Shown: piece by piece, positions 1 through 23,900 of the stretch
Numbering within the stretch: position 1 is the stretch's first letter
Layout: each line of letters starts with the position of its first letter
NCBI RefSeq assembly: GCF_964204645.1
Contig: NC_134028.1
Location: 1,736,001-1,800,000, forward strand
DNA: 64,000 bases
Direction: 5' to 3'
Source: Tubulanus polymorphus
Taxonomy: Eukaryota; Animalia; Nemertea
The notes under the pieces: model-generated
Databases searched by the model: none
Told to the model about the DNA's origin: nothing
The model's input: only the letters and a program-made list of their open reading frames with translations
Made by a program: the position numbers and the translations under genes

Positions 1-231
1 AGCTTTAAAATTCAAAATGATTATGCAGAATAACAACATTCCATGCATTTTAATTAGACTTATCAGTGTTAGGGTTAAGTTCGCAGTTTAGTGTCATATT
101 GTACCATATCAGATATTTATTTTTGATGAAACAGATTATTCCCTTATGGTGCAGATGAAAGATCAGCTTTGAAATATGAATATTGTAAAATTAGAAAAAT
201 AAAACATTCATAAAATATTATAGGGGCTTAC

Positions 232-466
232 CTGGCGTCCATCTTCTATCATCCTCAGTAACGCAATCCTTTCCATTCATCAAATGATCTCGAAATTCTT
301 TGATATTATCAGATTCTGGTAATCGACCTGATATTCCGCAAATTGATATTTCATCCGCGCATATTTTCATCGTCGGGGGTTTCAAATTTGAAGCCATTTC
401 TGCATCAGTCTTGTTTGTTTCCATGGTTCCTGTAGGTTCGACACCACTTCCTTCGCGAGCAGGCAT
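232..466 (-). CDS. FASN: Fatty acid synthase (type I), first coding exon; gene continues off the left edge
   Basis: Translation ...DEISICGISGRLPESDNIKEFRDHLMNGKDCVTEDDRRWTPG resembles the N-terminal ketosynthase segment of animal FASN (human [25 protein letters not shown]...VTDDDRRW). Acceptor TACAG at 491, donor G|GTAAG at 232/231. A probable non-coding first exon ends at 939 (CAG|GTAAAA). Confidence 0.9.
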
Positions 467-1059
467 TTTATTGATCCAGATTTAATTTCACTGTATTGGA
501 GGGAAAAGTGAAAATCTTGACTGACAATACAAAACTATTAAAAACATGATTAGGCCCAATTGTTTTATTCCCTGATTTAACATCACAACAGAAACTGAAT
601 TATGATTTCAGGGGCAAAACAAGAATGAGGGAATGAGACAATTTTTTAAGTGAAATAAAAATTGTCACAACTTTTGAGTCTTTGACTGAAATCGATAAAA
701 CATGATTTCGACTATATAAAACTACTGTTGTGGCCACAGCCAGTAATTATGGGCTTGACAAACACAATAGATGAGATGTTAAACTTAGGTCCACCACATT
801 TTGCTATTTTATGCAACATAGGCCCAATAGCCAAAGATGTAACTCGGTGCAACAGTCCCCAAAGTAGCGTCTTAACACCCACGTGTAGCAGTAGGCCCTT
901 ATTATTCTACTGTCGTCATTGCCTTTGCTAAATTTTACCTGCTTTCACCGTTTCTCTGCACTCGAAGGAATGTATTGCTCCAATATTGTTGGTCTGGCAG
1001 GGTTCAGTTCGCGTTGACAGTTCAGTTATTGCCGATGATGCGACGATGACAAGATTTCG

Positions 1060-1155
1060 ACTTCCCTATATCAATCAGCATCGACATAAGGCGATCCAAT
1101 CACAGCCAATCACAATGTCGATTTATCTAAACGTCATCAGACTGGGCGGGCTTAC
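1060..1155. promoter_or_regulatory. Probable FASN proximal promoter: tandem CCAAT boxes, CRE half-site, GC box
   Basis: CCAAT at 1096-1100 and 1106-1110, ACGTCA at 1131-1136 and GGGCGGG at 1144-1150, just upstream of the putative non-coding first exon. Confidence 0.5.
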
Positions 1156-1268
1156 CCGACGCTGCTGGTCGACGCTTCAAAATTCTAGGGGCCTGAGGCA
1201 AAGTATATAAAGAAATGTATTGTTTTAATAAGCTCTAAAATGTGATTTGTTTGTTATTTATTGAATAT

Positions 1269-3257
1269 TATGGAAGACCTCAGACGACATACGAGATATG
1301 AGATATAACATACGAGATATGAGATGCAACATACGAGATACGGCTTATGACATATACGAGATACGACTTATTTACAGTACGGGTGTCCGTCCGCTAGCGC
1401 CACCGCGGTGTATATTTTTCAACATCTACTCGGCGTTGTGGCGTATACTACGACACGTGCGCAGGCAGTGGCGTATACATTAACTATGAATATCAATATG
1501 CGAAAAACGTTTCATTTGAAACGAAAAACATTTAAAAATATTCGATCAACCACTCCCGGGGACCGGCTTCTCGCTGTGACATCAGTGGGCGGCCACTCTT
1601 AGTAGTGTGAGACACCGATGGTCCGGTGATTCGAGTTGGCTCCAAATACAGGGCTACAGCCCCTAAATCCACCAAAAACGCCTCAAATTCCATTTTTGAG
1701 TGTACAAAAATCCCTCAAAAAGAGTTAGCCATGGCCCCTTCAAATTGGTGGTCAGTAAGAATTGCGCCTAGTCAAGGGTTTAAACTTCGCGTTCGATGGA
1801 GGGTTTTCGATGAAGAATGAAAGATGTATGTATATTACGAATGCCGATGACCAAAGAGTTAAAAAAAAAAGTCCGACACACGCGGAATCTGTGTTTAGTG
1901 TACTATGATTTCAACGAATGAATTGAAACATGGACATGAATTAAAAATACTAAAGATAACATAGATCTATTGAATGAATTATTCATTAAATATCAGAATG
2001 GAGTTCCATTGTATCACTCTCAGCTCCTGGCCCTAGTCCAGCTGATTTCATTTATCACGACGTTTTTTGCGACGGGTGCAAACGCACCATACGAGCAACG
2101 TTCCGGTGTTCCGCTAATTCCCCGGTCTAAAGAAATGTTACTTGATATTTCCATGGATCTCTTATCTTTACAAATGTAAGAGCTGTTGTGTTTTGCTGAA
2201 GACTTATTTATGTGGTTCCTGTACTTTTGTCAATAAACAGTTTTAAAACTGGCCATGACAATTGATAAGAATGATCTTAAATTGGATTCTCCGATTATGA
2301 AAGTTATTCAGATTCAGCCATTGGCCCTTTTCATGAAAGATGTCAGAAAAGAAAGATAGCCAAAAAGCACTCAGAATACACAAGTACCTAAATTGAACAA
2401 ATTTTCAGGGGAGGACCCCAGACTATGGCTTCAGAAAGCGGTTAGCGAAAACTGGCCAGTCTCGACTCTCAATGGCTGGTCTAGTGGACTCACCAGTCTG
2501 CCCCAGTAGCTCGATAGGGATGGAATTTAGCTGGGGATTTCAAACCTTGAGAGAGAGCACGGGAGTTCTTAATCTGGATACCAGGGCGATGTACGGGTTC
2601 CCAGGTTGTTTGGGATTCAAGAACTCAGGCAGGGGTGTCAAACAGCGGAGGAGGGGTACAAGGGGGCCGGGATTTCCGGCTGCGGAGTTTTTTTTAGAAT
2701 TTTGATTTCTGATGCAGAAAAGCAGGCGGTTACGGCGGGCGGTGAACAGTAGTTATTTTTTCTGCAGGCATTGAGTAACCGGAACCCCGGCTCCTGAACA
2801 CCAGGCCGTTTTAAGACCAAAGAAAGACAAGAAATAGCATAATATTATGAACTTGAACAGTTTGATATCTTTTTAGTTTTGTGATTTGAAAAACTTTTCG
2901 TCGCCCGCGGGAGAGGAACGGCCGGCGGCGCGCCTAGTCCAGGGTGTTCACAGTATGGCCTAATATCGTTGTGTCCGGTCCAGGTGTCCATTATCCAAAA
3001 GAAATCTATTTCTGGTTTGAATAAAATGTTGACTATGTTGGTTTTCATATAATTGACGATGACTGTACGCGTCACCATGTTAAACGATTTATATGCAGTA
3101 AATATTGAAAAAACATACACTGCGGTGGCGCCAGCGGACGGACACCCGTACTGTAAATAAGTCATATCTCGTATGTCATATGTCGTATCTCGTATGTTGC
3201 ATCTCATATCACGTATGTTATATCTCATATCTTGTATGTCGTCTGAGGTCTTCCATA
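1269..3257. mobile_element. Non-autonomous DNA transposon with long TIRs and a 6-bp TSD (IS3EU-like)
   Basis: About 160-bp imperfect terminal inverted repeats (1269-~1430 and ~3098-3257) begin TATGGAAGACCTCAGACGAC and end GTCGTCTGAGGTCTTCCATA. The direct repeat GAATAT flanks both ends (1263-1268 and 3258-3263). The TIRs contain internal CATACGAGATA subrepeats. No transposase ORF inside. Confidence 0.85.
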
Positions 3258-3605
3258 GAATATGGCCTATCACTGAGGCCTGTAAAAGAAGATTTTCCGA
3301 TTTGAGTTATTTTTCGCGCGACATTATTATTCGGGATTCGAACTTCATCGCTTCCGGGTTAAGGTTTATACACGTGGTTTGCGAGCTGCTTTTATGTATG
3401 TATTTTGTAATGTATATCATGTATTTTGTTCGATTTTATTGACATTCGTTAATTCCTCTTATTTTGAATTAATGGGTGAAATATCAAGATTCGATTATAA
3501 AAGGTTGTAGACAGCCTTCGCTCATCATTCCACAAGAAAAACTGGAAAAACCATACAAAAGTTTCAATCAATTAAAGTTAAATTGATGTTTATTGATAGG
3601 TAAAC

Positions 3606-4876
3606 ATGGCACCTTTCGGAGGAAATAGAGGAGGTGGACGCGGGGGTGGATTTAGAGGTGGACGCGGTGGTGGATTTAGAGGTGGACGAGGAGGTCGTGG
3701 TGGAGGTAAGTCACCTTTGAAATGATAGCATTTTCTTATTATTGTATTGTAGCTTTGGATTTGCGGGATCATTTACTGCGAAGCCGAATGTATGGCCATA
3801 CATGATGATACAGTGTTAAACTAATACTTTGTCAATCTTTAAGTTAAAGACTGACAAAGTATCAGTTTTGCCCTTAACCTTAAATGTACAATTGTAATAC
3901 GATTAAGATGCCACAAAATACTGGAGTGGATTAATTTCACAAGTTTGTTTTATCTTTAAGTAAATAAATTAATGCACAACTTTTCAGGTGGTCGATTCGA
4001 GGATCAGGGGCCTCCTGCAACTGTCACTGGTAAGTTTGATATAAAGGTCTAGAGCTAGAACTGTTCCGAGTTCGGTTAATTTTATCTGGAGAAATTAATG
4101 ATTATTTTTCAGAGGTTGGTATATACGCTCATCCGTGTGAAGAGGATCTTGTTTGTAGAGCAACCAATGAGAAAATACCGTATTTCAACGCGCCGATATT
4201 CCTAGAAAATAAAGAACAAATCGGGAAGGTTGACGAGATATTTGGACCAATCAGAGACTATGTATCCTTTATTATACCGCGATGTATTGAGTTGTCTTCC
4301 TATCCTACATTTAATCATATTAACTGAACATCACTCTTCCCCACACTGAACTATTCCTTACCCTAAATTTATTGTTATTTTATAGAAATTCTTTAACTTT
4401 GCTGTTCAGCTATTTTCAGTCAAGTTATCGCAGAATATGAAAGCGACTTCATTCAAAAAAGACCAAAAGGTATAGATAGAAATTTACCCTAACACAACGT
4501 CGTAAGAAGTAAATTAGATATTGATGGCGTCTACTTTCTTGATTTCAGTTTTTCATTGATCCATACAAGTTATTGCCATTAGAAAGATTTTTACCGAAGC
4601 CACCTGGATCGAAACCAGCGAGAGGTGGTGGTGGTAGAGGTGGCCGAGGCGGAGGTAGAGGTATGATAACTGTCGATACTTCACCTTGTACATTTGTATT
4701 TAAGTTTTTCTCAAAATTAATCAGTTTCAACGTGTTTCATCATTTCAGGAGGACGCGGAGGAGGATTCCGAGGTGGTAGAGGTGGTCGTGGAGGCGGTGG
4801 TTTCCGAGGAGGTCGCGGCGGAGGATTCAGAGGTCGAGGAGGTGGTGGTGGCGGTTTTAGAGGTCGCGGACGATAA
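3606..4876 (+). CDS. GAR1: H/ACA ribonucleoprotein complex subunit GAR1
   Basis: Exons 3606-3705, 3988-4029, 4113-4261, 4410-4469, 4549-4660, 4749-4876 give RGG-rich N and C termini around the Gar1 core ([68 protein letters not shown]). Confidence 0.96.
4262..4409 (+). other. U12-type (minor spliceosome) GT-AG intron in GAR1
   Basis: 5' splice site GTATCCTTT; branch site TTCTTTAAC at 4389-4397, about 11 nt before the AG. Removing it keeps the reading frame (DY|LFSVK). Confidence 0.85.
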
Positions 4877-6246
4877 AACCATCGAGTTGTTTCTTTTAAT
4901 CGGGACTTATCATTTATTAGTTGAAAGATGCATTTAATACTGTATGATGTAAAATGCGAAAAGAAAGTGATGTTGATGACATGTTTTGGTCTACATCATT
5001 GATGGATTATAACTTACACTCTTTATCAACTAAGTGAGGTTTTATTACATGAATTTGGCTAATTGTTACTGTATGTATGGCGGACATAGACTATAGAAGT
5101 CTATGATTTGAATTCACACTACCTGTATTTGAATTTTCTGTACATGTTTTAACACGTTTTATCTAATCAATATGTATTGATTAGATTTGAAATAAACTGC
5201 AGTAATTGATATACTGTACGTACACAATTGTTGTATTGTGTAATAAAGCAGGAACTCGCGATATATTGTAACAATTCACATTGTGTAACATTTGAAGAAA
5301 AATTGCTCTTGATAAATATATTATAGATTACGTCAACTAATATTTATTTGCGTTTTTAACTATTTAGCTGGCGGAATGCAGGTGTAGCTTTGGTGACTCA
5401 TGTGGAAATCCACCTTCCTCTCAAAATCTAAATCCACGACATAGCTTTCAATATCTAGTTTCGGAATAGCAATCCCAGAATATGTTAATGGATTATGCTC
5501 TTAATGGAACCTTCCTCTAGATGATGGATCAGGACATTTTGGCGAGAGCACACACCTGGAGGATTTCAAACGGGATCTGGCTAAGGTCTACAGATGTACT
5601 CCCACTTCCTCTGGTCAATTTTGATCTGATTCTGATATTTATTTTACTTCTCAAGAACACAGATATGACCAGAATTTATTTCGGATATGTGTAACAACAA
5701 TCCCAAATGATCCAAATTGGACTAAATTTTGCACGTCATGAAATGAGGCCGATACTTCTTCATAATGAAAGTTAAGGAAATCTGAACAAATCATGCCCCT
5801 ATGTAAACTGTTTTATTAAGCTTGATATATCTCGTAGAAAATAGTATTAAGATTACAGGCTGATTAAACTCATATTGAAAAAGCTTATTAAAATATACAT
5901 GTATGATGTACAAAAATATAGATTGAAAATCACGTAATATATAATCACTTGAAGAGGTGTAGAAATTATCAAAGTTTTAGCACCATTAATACAATCATTA
6001 CAACTCATCAATGTTATCTTTCAGAGTTCTAAGAAAATCTTTTTATGGTAAAGAATATAATAGTACAGCGCTAAACCCAGTTCCGCATTAGTCAGCTAAA
6101 ATTTGACTTGTGGTCTAACGGTGTCATCTAAAAAGCCAAATTTTTAACCTACAACTGGAACTGGCTCATAGATTTTCATTCTATCTTGATTAATACATCT
6201 CAAGGTCAGCTTAGTTTCAAATGTGATATGAAATAAAAAGCAACTA

Positions 6247-6402
6247 CAGTCAAACTTGTTTGAGTCAATATGTTTGAGATCATCATTATTTTGACCACTT
6301 ACTAAAATGATGACTTACACAAAGTACCGGTATTTGAATTGGAAGTACAGATACACTGGGACTCAAACAACGAGGTGACCACTAAGTTTTTGAGTTTGAC
6401 TG
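6247..6402. mobile_element. Tc1/mariner (pogo/Tigger-type) MITE
   Basis: TA-CAGTCAAACT...AGTTTGACTG-TA; lies just downstream of the RhoGAP stop codon. Confidence 0.75.
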
Positions 6403-6452
6403 TAACGAAATCAAAACTTTAATTCAGCACCTCGGAAAATAGATTTCTCGTA

Positions 6453-8765
6453 TCAATCTTCGTGATCTTCAAGATTACCAAATTTCATTCTATAAGCGAG
6501 AAGTTCAGCCTGTAGAGCAACAAGTCTATGAACAGATTGAGCAGTAGCTCCGCGTTCTTCTTCCAGTTTAACCCCCATCGCATGCAACTTTCTTTTGTAA
6601 GTTTCTTCCACCTTTTTTACTCGATCATCCGCTATAGTTTTCATTCTGGCTACCGCGTCAGCATGAGCGCGTCGCTCTAATTTAATCTGCGCTTTCAGCT
6701 TTTCAACGTCTTCGAATTTGTCCAAGTCGGAGAAGTCTAAACCATCGGTCAACTTGGATCCGTCATCTTCGCAATTTACCAATACTTCGGAAAACAAAAT
6801 ACTCGAGTTTTTCGTCGCTTTTTCAGCCTCATCGTCGACTGATTTGAAAACACGCGGTCTCCTCGTCGACGTGCGGCGAAGTTCAACCCCTGGATCGCAG
6901 CACGTTGATTTATACTTCGTTCTGGGTCTCGCTACCGGAATTGTTTCCTCCTCGCTTTCCTCGCGTTTGTGAAATTCGACATAGTTATTATTTGCGATAT
7001 CAACTCGACCAGGACTCGTCGGATTCATCGGCGGTTTCAGCTGATCGTTCGAAGATCGACCATCGTCTAGTAGAATCGGAGAATTAGGAGCCGAGGATCC
7101 CGGCGGCGTGTCGTAAACCGTGTCAAAATTCATAACGTTCTTCATCGATTTCGCCTCAGACGTCGACTTAAAACCGTTCGGAAACGCGTCTGCTGCTCGT
7201 TCTATCAGGATCAAAACGGTCTGAATCGTCAGATCAGCCGTACTCATCAACAATAACGGATGATCGTCATCTCCGCGGAGGATGTTCGGCCCAAAAACCA
7301 ATGCCAGGTTGTTCGGCGTCATTTTATTCACCGACGACCGCTTGGCGACCTTCGACAGAAAGTCACAAATATACATCAGCAGGTTATACTTATTCGGATC
7401 TATTTTGTCGAGTAATTTACGCAATAAGTCCATGCCCTGCTCGGGGTCGCCGTGTTGTATCTTCAAACCGATCGTCATGAAATGTTCGTATAAGTTAAAC
7501 GGGATGATCGGTTCCGGTAGTTCTTTAAAGTATAGTTTCAACAATGAAGCGATTGTGTTGTTATCGATGTCATCTCGTTCGAAATCTATGTCTTCGCACG
7601 TGTCGAATGCAAACTTCGTCGTTCGAATAGATTTCACTGATCCGGTCAATCTGAAATCATATCAAGAAAGAAAATCTAATCATAAATTCTGTTCAGGCCA
7701 TCCACCAAATTTTTCTCAGAGCGCTGTAGTATCATTGGGCAATGCACTGACGTGTCTAGCCAACACACCCTAGACCGATCTTGGATACCTGGCCTGCACT
7801 CGAGTGTTGGGAATAGCTTGGACAACACTTCCATGAAATTGAGATGACCGATTAATGCTAGGGGCTATTCTTACATGTACCAAATTGATACAAGCACTCT
7901 AATAATACAGTCCTGTTTAATTGATGTCTAAAGATCTTTGCCAAATAAGATGCAGTTACTATAATATCATTCAATAGACAAAATGAACATGAACCTGAAT
8001 ATTCCTTCATGATCGAGGCCGTGTTTCATCAGGTGATTCACACATTTCTCCACTATTACTGGTACTTTTGACGATGACGATTTCTTTTGATATTTCATAG
8101 TAGTGTCCAACGATTGTCCAAATACCGCTGAAAATAAATGAGATAGAAATACGATAGAAGATGCAGAATGCCGTGTAATTCTTGTGGACATTTTACCTAC
8201 CTCCACCCAGTCTTGAAAACATGACGCTAATCAAAGATTTCACCCACTTTTTTCTTTCATCCTCCGAGGAAGCGAGAAGCAAGTACGGATCATTGCTCGC
8301 TGAAACATTACAATAATACTTCATAGTCAACATCCAACATGACTATGTCACCACCCGAAACCCCTTCTCTCGCAGTAAGGCACTCATTCCACAACCCTTG
8401 GAAACCTATTCAGATTGAGAAAGGCAAGATCCAGAACAGCCCCCGATACTTTAGACAGTTTAATTTTCAAATTTGACAGTGTAAAGGGATCAGTGCCAGA
8501 AATGCCCAAAATCTATTTGCCTACCTATTATTTCAAAAAAGAATTTTCCATTCTGCGGTTCGTCTAAATTATGAGGATTTTCGACTACTTTATTTCCAGC
8601 CAATGGAATTACACCTAATAATGAGACCTCATCATCTTTACGGAAATAATAAAGCTGATCTCCTTTCAACGCGAACCATCTCGACGTCCATGATTTCACT
8701 AATCCACCCTGTTTTTTCAGCCACCCAGTTTTAGACGATAGTTGCAAGTTGAATGTAGAAGTCAT
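6453..8765 (-). CDS. ARHGAP24: Rho GTPase-activating protein, ARHGAP22/24/25 family (PH + RhoGAP + C-terminal coiled coil)
   Basis: Exons 8765-8525, 8299-8201, 8127-7995, 7650-6453. PH domain (KTGWLKKQGGLVKSWTSRWFALKGDQLYYF), GGAVFGQSL linker, GAP arginine finger EGIFR|LTG, ASLLKLYFKELPEP, NKMTPNNLALVFGPNIL, and a coiled-coil tail. It is co-orthologous to the three vertebrate paralogues, so the symbol is nominal. Confidence 0.9.
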
Positions 8766-8974
8766 AGCTCTCGTCTAGGTTGTTGTATAGAGGTGCACCA
8801 TGCGTTTTCAAACCACTGTAGAAAATTTTAAAAATAGTAAAATACCTGGGACACGTTTGTTCCTACTGCAATGTGTCAATCTTTCAGGTTTTTTTTCTCG
8901 TACGGTATTCTAAAACATATTTCAAAGGCCTACTTTAAAGGATCCACTGAAATAACCAATTTAGCTTAACTTAC

Positions 8975-9430
8975 TCGCTTGAAACAGACATCAATTAGAC
9001 CTTCAACCAGGAAGTATCGGGTCCGAATTAGGGAAAACCCAACATTTAACTTCCGGGTTTTCTCGCAGCGGTCGCTAGCTTTCTAGCACCGCAATTGTTG
9101 ATGACGTTTACCGCAAAATCAAAAAATATATAAAATAATTAGATATTAATATAGATTCCTTAATTATAGATCTCACCCGATTAATGCACGATATTGTGCA
9201 TTTTGATTAGTGAGATAATTTATTAAATCCAACAATTCATTTTGATGAATAAAATTAGAATATATTCCCGGTACACAATATTCACTGACGTAGTTCGCAG
9301 CGATTGCAAAATGGTGGTTTTCGGAAAGGAGGAATTAGCAGCGAATCGTTCGTTCTAAAATAAACTTTGCATGACAATTTCGGATTAATATTGCGTCGTT
9401 AGGTTGTATTCCGTCTTTTAGATAAAACGG
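8975..9430. promoter_or_regulatory. Bidirectional promoter and 5' UTR exons of ARHGAP (-) and JNK (+)
   Basis: Minus-strand donor A|GTAAGT near 8975 and plus-strand donor G|GTAAAT at 9430 flank GGGAAAACCC (9031), ETS-like ACTTCCGG (9049), TGACGT (9102, 9286) and YY1-like CAAAATGG (9307). Confidence 0.55.
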
Positions 9431-10075
9431 TAAATATTTCGACGTAAAGCCCATGTAAATTGAGTGCTCTGAGGCCACATTAAACCCTCTGAAATTGAAC
9501 CGTTGGATCGTGAAGTGAAGCCAGTTTGACTTTGGACTTGTCAAATTCTTCCGAATCATCCTGAACTCGGGATTAAGGTTTAGAGAGATACCATGCACTG
9601 TAGGCATCAAATAATTTAGGACCTAGTGGTCTACTAAATTTACATTGAAGCTATAAAAAACGATTTGAAAACTGAAAATCATAAGTGGTTGGTTGGGTAC
9701 TGCTGGGTGAGTGTGTTTTTTTGCAATGCACAGTCAAAATATGGCACTATGACTCTTTCCCAATCTATTTCCACTCGCTGCTTGAAAAATATCAAGTATT
9801 TGAAAGAGACTAAATTGGATTTCATTGATTATTTTTAGTAATCATTTTGATTTATTTATCAAGGTTTATCAAGATATTGTGAAATTGATAGATAGCACAG
9901 CTGTCCAGTCCAGCTCCACCCAGCATTTAAATCAAATGACTAATAGGCCTAACATACTAAAAACCCCATTTCCACTGTTTCGTAATTTACTACTGGGAAT
10001 ATTTTGTCATTTCAGCGCGATGGAATAACCGATTCACTGCTCGTGACGAGTTTTTGAGAATATTTTGACGGCTGA

Positions 10076-20925
<10,850 letters not shown>

Positions 20926-23900
20926 TTATATGTATATAGTCAATAATTATATATGTATATTGTATAAAATTAGGTACTATTTATTGGCTGTCATGGGTCG
21001 CATCATTGAAAACTATACCCGTAATTGTTAAAGGCCCAGTACTCGATTCCGAAAAAAATACTTAGCTTTCGTCGTAACCGAGCTATACGATAATTATTAC
21101 AAAACCCCTAAAAAGAAAATCTCAGGGTGATTTATACCGTGTACTTTAATTTCGGCTTATTTACCGCAGTGTCCGTCTAAATTCAAAATCGAGGGCCTGA
21201 TTTGGATTCGTGAATAAATGATAGCCGCAATGAAGTATCCATGCTTTTCATTAATAATGCCTGATGTGCCGGAAATTTAGCTTTTAATCTCGAATCCGTA
21301 TGATAACGATATATTATAATGAGATGTGATGTCACAATAGATGATGCGTAACCCATGACGACCGTGTGTTTATTGTTGTATAGAAAAAAATGTCCGCAAT
21401 ATCAGAATAAAAAATACAATAACTAGCTCCGTGTTTGTGCGTATGTGTGCGTGTGAGTGTGCGACGGTAATTCGACACCTACAATCTCCTAAATCACACA
21501 CTGCCAACGAAACAAACTAATAATCACTATTTCACTCAGTTCGAACTGTATTCGCGGAGAACCGGAACAAACCGCGAAATATTTTCAATTTTTTTTTCAT
21601 GTGTGGTGTGAATATTGTTACCAGTAATTAAATTTCTATATAAATATCTCTCTGCGTTGAGTTAACGAATGCAATGCTTTTTATTACGTAATTAAATGTT
21701 GTCGATGAATATTCCAATGTACTGCAGGTAAATAATATGCATGCAGTGCACATATCTTAACACTGTAGCAGTTTGTACTGCTCACTATGAGCTCGGGTAG
21801 AATACGATACCCTTCGATTGATTTCGACCCAGTTCCTCCATTTCACCGAGTACATGATGGCCAATTTACGCGTGAATTTTTCGAAAAATTGATAATTGGG
21901 TAATAATCATTTCGATTCAAATTATATCTGATGAATTGTAAAGATCGTGATAGAAATAATTGTTATAAGTGAGATAAAATTTTTCTATGTACCGGTATAA
22001 TTAATTAATGTTGTCTAGTTATTAGTCTTTCTAATCACTGCAGAACACTTTTCATCATTGCCTCCTTATTTCGATCGTCAAACAAATGCTTACTGGACTA
22101 AATTGGAGATTATCATACTTAGTACAAGTTTGAGATATTGAGATCACTCTATCTTTTTGCCTGTAGAAATGTTTAATCTTATGAATGGTTGTTTCCACTT
22201 AGTTGGACTGATGGATTCATGAAAACTAAGTAAGCCTGTCCTAATGAGTTGTATCATTCAGAACGGGTGCCAAAGGCTTAACATTTGCTCGTCGGGGCAT
22301 TGGCCCAGAACAAAAATGCAAATCATACCTCCTTCATTCCCGACGATGTAGTTTACATATCATTGCATTTTTGGCAGAAAGTGTTAGATAGTTTCACCTG
22401 AATGTGTGGTTCACGTTTTGAAAAATTAAACGTAGATTTTATATGGACAAAAATTAAGGAGTTCAGAATACTACGAGAGAAGTCTTGCTGGTGACTATTT
22501 AAGCCATACCTGATTAGGCAATCGGCAGATGATAGCCAGCAGCGGACACAGGAGACTCGTACTATCTCACGGGTGTTTGAAATAGGGCGATTCTGACACG
22601 TGGTTCTGCTTGAAAAATTGCCATAATTTACATGAGATTTTGATTTGCTAATAATATACGCTTGCTATTCAGTGTGAACCACGAGATAGACTAACGATAA
22701 TCATTAGTGCTATTCGTTGTGAACCATGCATTTGAAGATGTTCAGTTGCTCACCGGTAGATATTATTATTATGTGACAATTTACAAAAAAAATCACACTG
22801 ATTTGTGAATTCTCTAGTCTTCAATTAACAGTTGATTTACGTGTCATGTAAAACACTATTTAATATTTAAAAAGTGAATGGGCGAGAATTTTGTAAAAAA
22901 AAAAAAGAATGTCATGATGAGCAAAATGTTTTACAAACTTCTTCCTGTTTTAAGAATTGATAAATAATATGTCTGTGTTTTTGCGATAAATGTAACATGA
23001 AATAAATAAATGTTCAGTACATATGCATGGTGTCTATATAGAATATACATTAATAGGCACTCATTTTCAAAATGGAGGCAGCTGTCTCGATTACTGATAT
23101 CGTGCAAGTGTCTTTTGATCAAAACGTTCTTCGATTCCCTGACGGACTTAGATAAAAAATGGGTCCCTAAAAATTGCACCGAAACCAAATATCCTAATAA
23201 GAATTGGTCCCAATATGCCCAGCACTCCAGTTGTTAACACCAAATTGACCTTTGAGAAAATTAACGTATGTTTAAGTAGTTCGAATAGACACCAGAGTTC
23301 CTGTTAGCAGAGAAGAATCTCTTGATGAACTCATTCACTTATTATGATTATATACAAGATGTCTTCAGTTTCCTGTGAAATATGTATGAAATTTATTAGG
23401 AAACAAAAATAAAACATACATGAAAATCAATCGATTGTTTTTTCTCTATGTGCGAACATGAAGATATGTTCTATCCAACGTAGTTTGTCGTATTTTTCAC
23501 TTCGGTCATTCATCCACCAGGACGAAGTGGTGCGCGCCATGCAAACCAAGCCGTCTTCAGAGTGTAAGTCTGTGCCTTGTAAACAACCAGTTTAATACGC
23601 TAACAAACAAGTTAATACGAACGTGGTTTAGTTTGCTTCATTAAAGATTACCTTTATTTTATCACAAGCAAAAAACTGACAGAGTATACTTCTATGACTG
23701 AACCTAGCACTTGAACACAAATCAATCATGACCAACCATGACTTTATCTAAATAAGTGTATATGTTGAGCCGTGTTATCACCCGATACATTAAGCCTGAC
23801 GCAGATGGGCAATCTCTTCATGCGACTCCGAGAAATTGCTTGAAAATCGCAGTGATTTTAACATGAAACATGTTTGATATTGCAGTAAAATCTCGTTAAT

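Noticed and set aside
1298-3442. ORFs MRYNIRDMRCNIRD.. on both strands
   Set aside because: Translations of the TIR subrepeats; no transposase motifs.
5365-5630. Coding-looking stretch between GAR1 and ARHGAP
   Set aside because: The frames I translated are interrupted by stops, the ORF track shows nothing here, and I recognise no homology.
6718-7773. Antisense ORFs over RhoGAP (and similar ones over the hydrolase, SR and OGDH exons)
   Set aside because: Shadow ORFs of real coding exons with no independent splice or start support.
23490-23575. Hammerhead-like CTGAAGA..CCGAA on the minus strand
   Set aside because: Lacks GAAA and convincing stems I and III.
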